Virus record (IMG/VR): IMGVR_UViG_3300037991_003040
Coordinates: 1 to 24,857 of that record
DNA: 24,857 nt
DNA from: a virus
Taxonomy: Duplodnaviria; Caudoviricetes
Strand: one strand, 5' to 3'
The notes under the pieces are model-generated. The model was not told the DNA's origin. It saw only the letters and a list, made by a program, of their open reading frames with translations, and did no database searches. Positions within the stretch are counted from its first letter, which is position 1. Every line of letters begins with the position of its first letter. Made by a program: the position numbers and the translations under genes. Positions 24,153 through 24,857 of the stretch are shown one piece after another.

Positions 24153-24857
24153 CGCTCAAGAAAAAAAGAGTTTATTTAAATCTGTTTACGATGAGCTGTT
24201 TAAATACGGAACAATATACGTAGCAGGTGATATTAAAAATCCTAGAGAAAATCCAAAAGATTATTTTGTAAGAACAAACCCAGATGGTAATTTATATACA
24301 CCACCTGTTGTTGTTGATGGTACAGACTATTACGACTTTGATTATCGTTATGGTTTTGGTATTAGAAAAATTGCTAGGTTTGATTATGAAATTAAAGGCA
24401 AACAATACTACGATGGTACTGAATCTAACGTAGCTATGACAGCTCCTAATTCATCTATTAAAGGTTTAGAGTATGTTATACATGTTGAAAAAGAAAGATC
24501 CAGAGATGACGTTTTTAAAAATCATCGATATTTCTTAAAACACAGCGGTAAATATCATATTGTTAAACTTGAAAGTAGAAAACAAGGTAAAGTTAATTTT
24601 AATTATAAGTCTGCTGAGGTTAGAGCTAAGTTACCTATTGGTAAAAAGTTTAGTATATCTGCCGGGGCTATGTATCGTACACATGAAAGAGCTTACGGAT
24701 ATAATCCAATTGAAATATGGTTAAATGAAACAGACAGTAACGGCTGGCCTGTTAATTACTGGTATCAACTAGGTTATAACTATGGTTATACTGATCAATG
24801 GGTTACTATTGATATTGATGGTGAAGAAGTTTATGATTACTATTGGTATGATCCACA
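24100..24857 (+). CDS. Secreted / outer-membrane beta-barrel-like protein, 3'-truncated (at least 252 aa)
   Basis: Missing from the ORF track because there is no stop in the window. Manual translation is open to the end: MKKLICVLFAAVIAVSANA|QEKKSLFKSVYDELFKYGTIYVAG...YDYYWYDP. Typical Sec/SPI signal with Gln at +1. Tyr/Phe/Trp-rich alternating strands (FDYRYGFGIRK, GLEYVIHVE, SAEVRAKLPIGKKFSISAGAMYR). Confidence 0.75.
   Translation, partial: MKKLICVLFAAVIAVSANAQEKKSLFKSVYDELFKYGTIYVAGDIKNPRENPKDYFVRTNPDGNLYTPPVVVDGTDYYDFDYRYGFGIRKIARFDYEIKGKQYYDGTESNVAMTAPNSSIKGLEYVIHVEKERSRDDVFKNHRYFLKHSGKYHIVKLESRKQGKVNFNYKSAEVRAKLPIGKKFSISAGAMYRTHERAYGYNPIEIWLNETDSNGWPVNYWYQLGYNYGYTDQWVTIDIDGEEVYDYYWYDP

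Larger units (their letters stand above)
1..24857 (+). mobile_element. Bacteriophage genome segment: head, tail and ejection module of a crAss-like / Bacteroidota-infecting podovirus
   Basis: Co-oriented, densely packed genes in the order portal, scaffold, MCP, ring proteins, muzzle, cargo, giant protein. No host housekeeping genes, integrase or att site visible, so free phage versus prophage cannot be decided. Confidence 0.92.

Noticed and set aside
1-24857. CRISPR arrays, tRNA genes, introns/inteins, DGR repeats, integrase or att sites
   Set aside because: Intergenic gaps are at most about 65 nt and I saw no spaced repeats, cloverleafs or splice/intein motifs. Detection by eye is limited, so weak DNA repeats inside the long ORFs cannot be excluded.

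Overview
AT-rich (roughly 30% GC by eye) and almost fully coding on the + strand. The window is the virion morphogenesis block of a short-tailed dsDNA phage with crAss-like (Crassvirales-related / marine Flavobacteriia podovirus) gene order. The order is portal (5'-truncated), scaffold-like protein, major capsid protein, conserved post-MCP protein, two tail ring/tubular proteins, a muzzle/tail-stabilisation protein apparently split into two genes, two putative ejection/cargo proteins, and a 3093-aa giant protein. A-rich leaders without Shine-Dalgarno sites and an AxA|Q signal peptide point to a Bacteroidota host. Highlights: (1) the giant protein sits where crAss-like phages usually encode a virion RNA polymerase, but I see no convincing RNAP motif. 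It instead looks like a polyvalent protein with a HExxH zincin, a sigma70 region-2-like segment, a possible degenerate His-Me nuclease and a complete HAD phosphatase, separated by recurring (R/K)-x-S..K linkers. (2) An unannotated coupled chain follows it: a 29-aa ORF, a 19-aa CxxC-GY-CxxC ORF, and a signal-peptide, outer-membrane-like protein. (3) A GTRATWAT motif recurs at gene junctions (once as an exact 16-nt repeat) and is twice followed by an RNA hairpin. All family calls come from motif recognition by eye; no searches were run.
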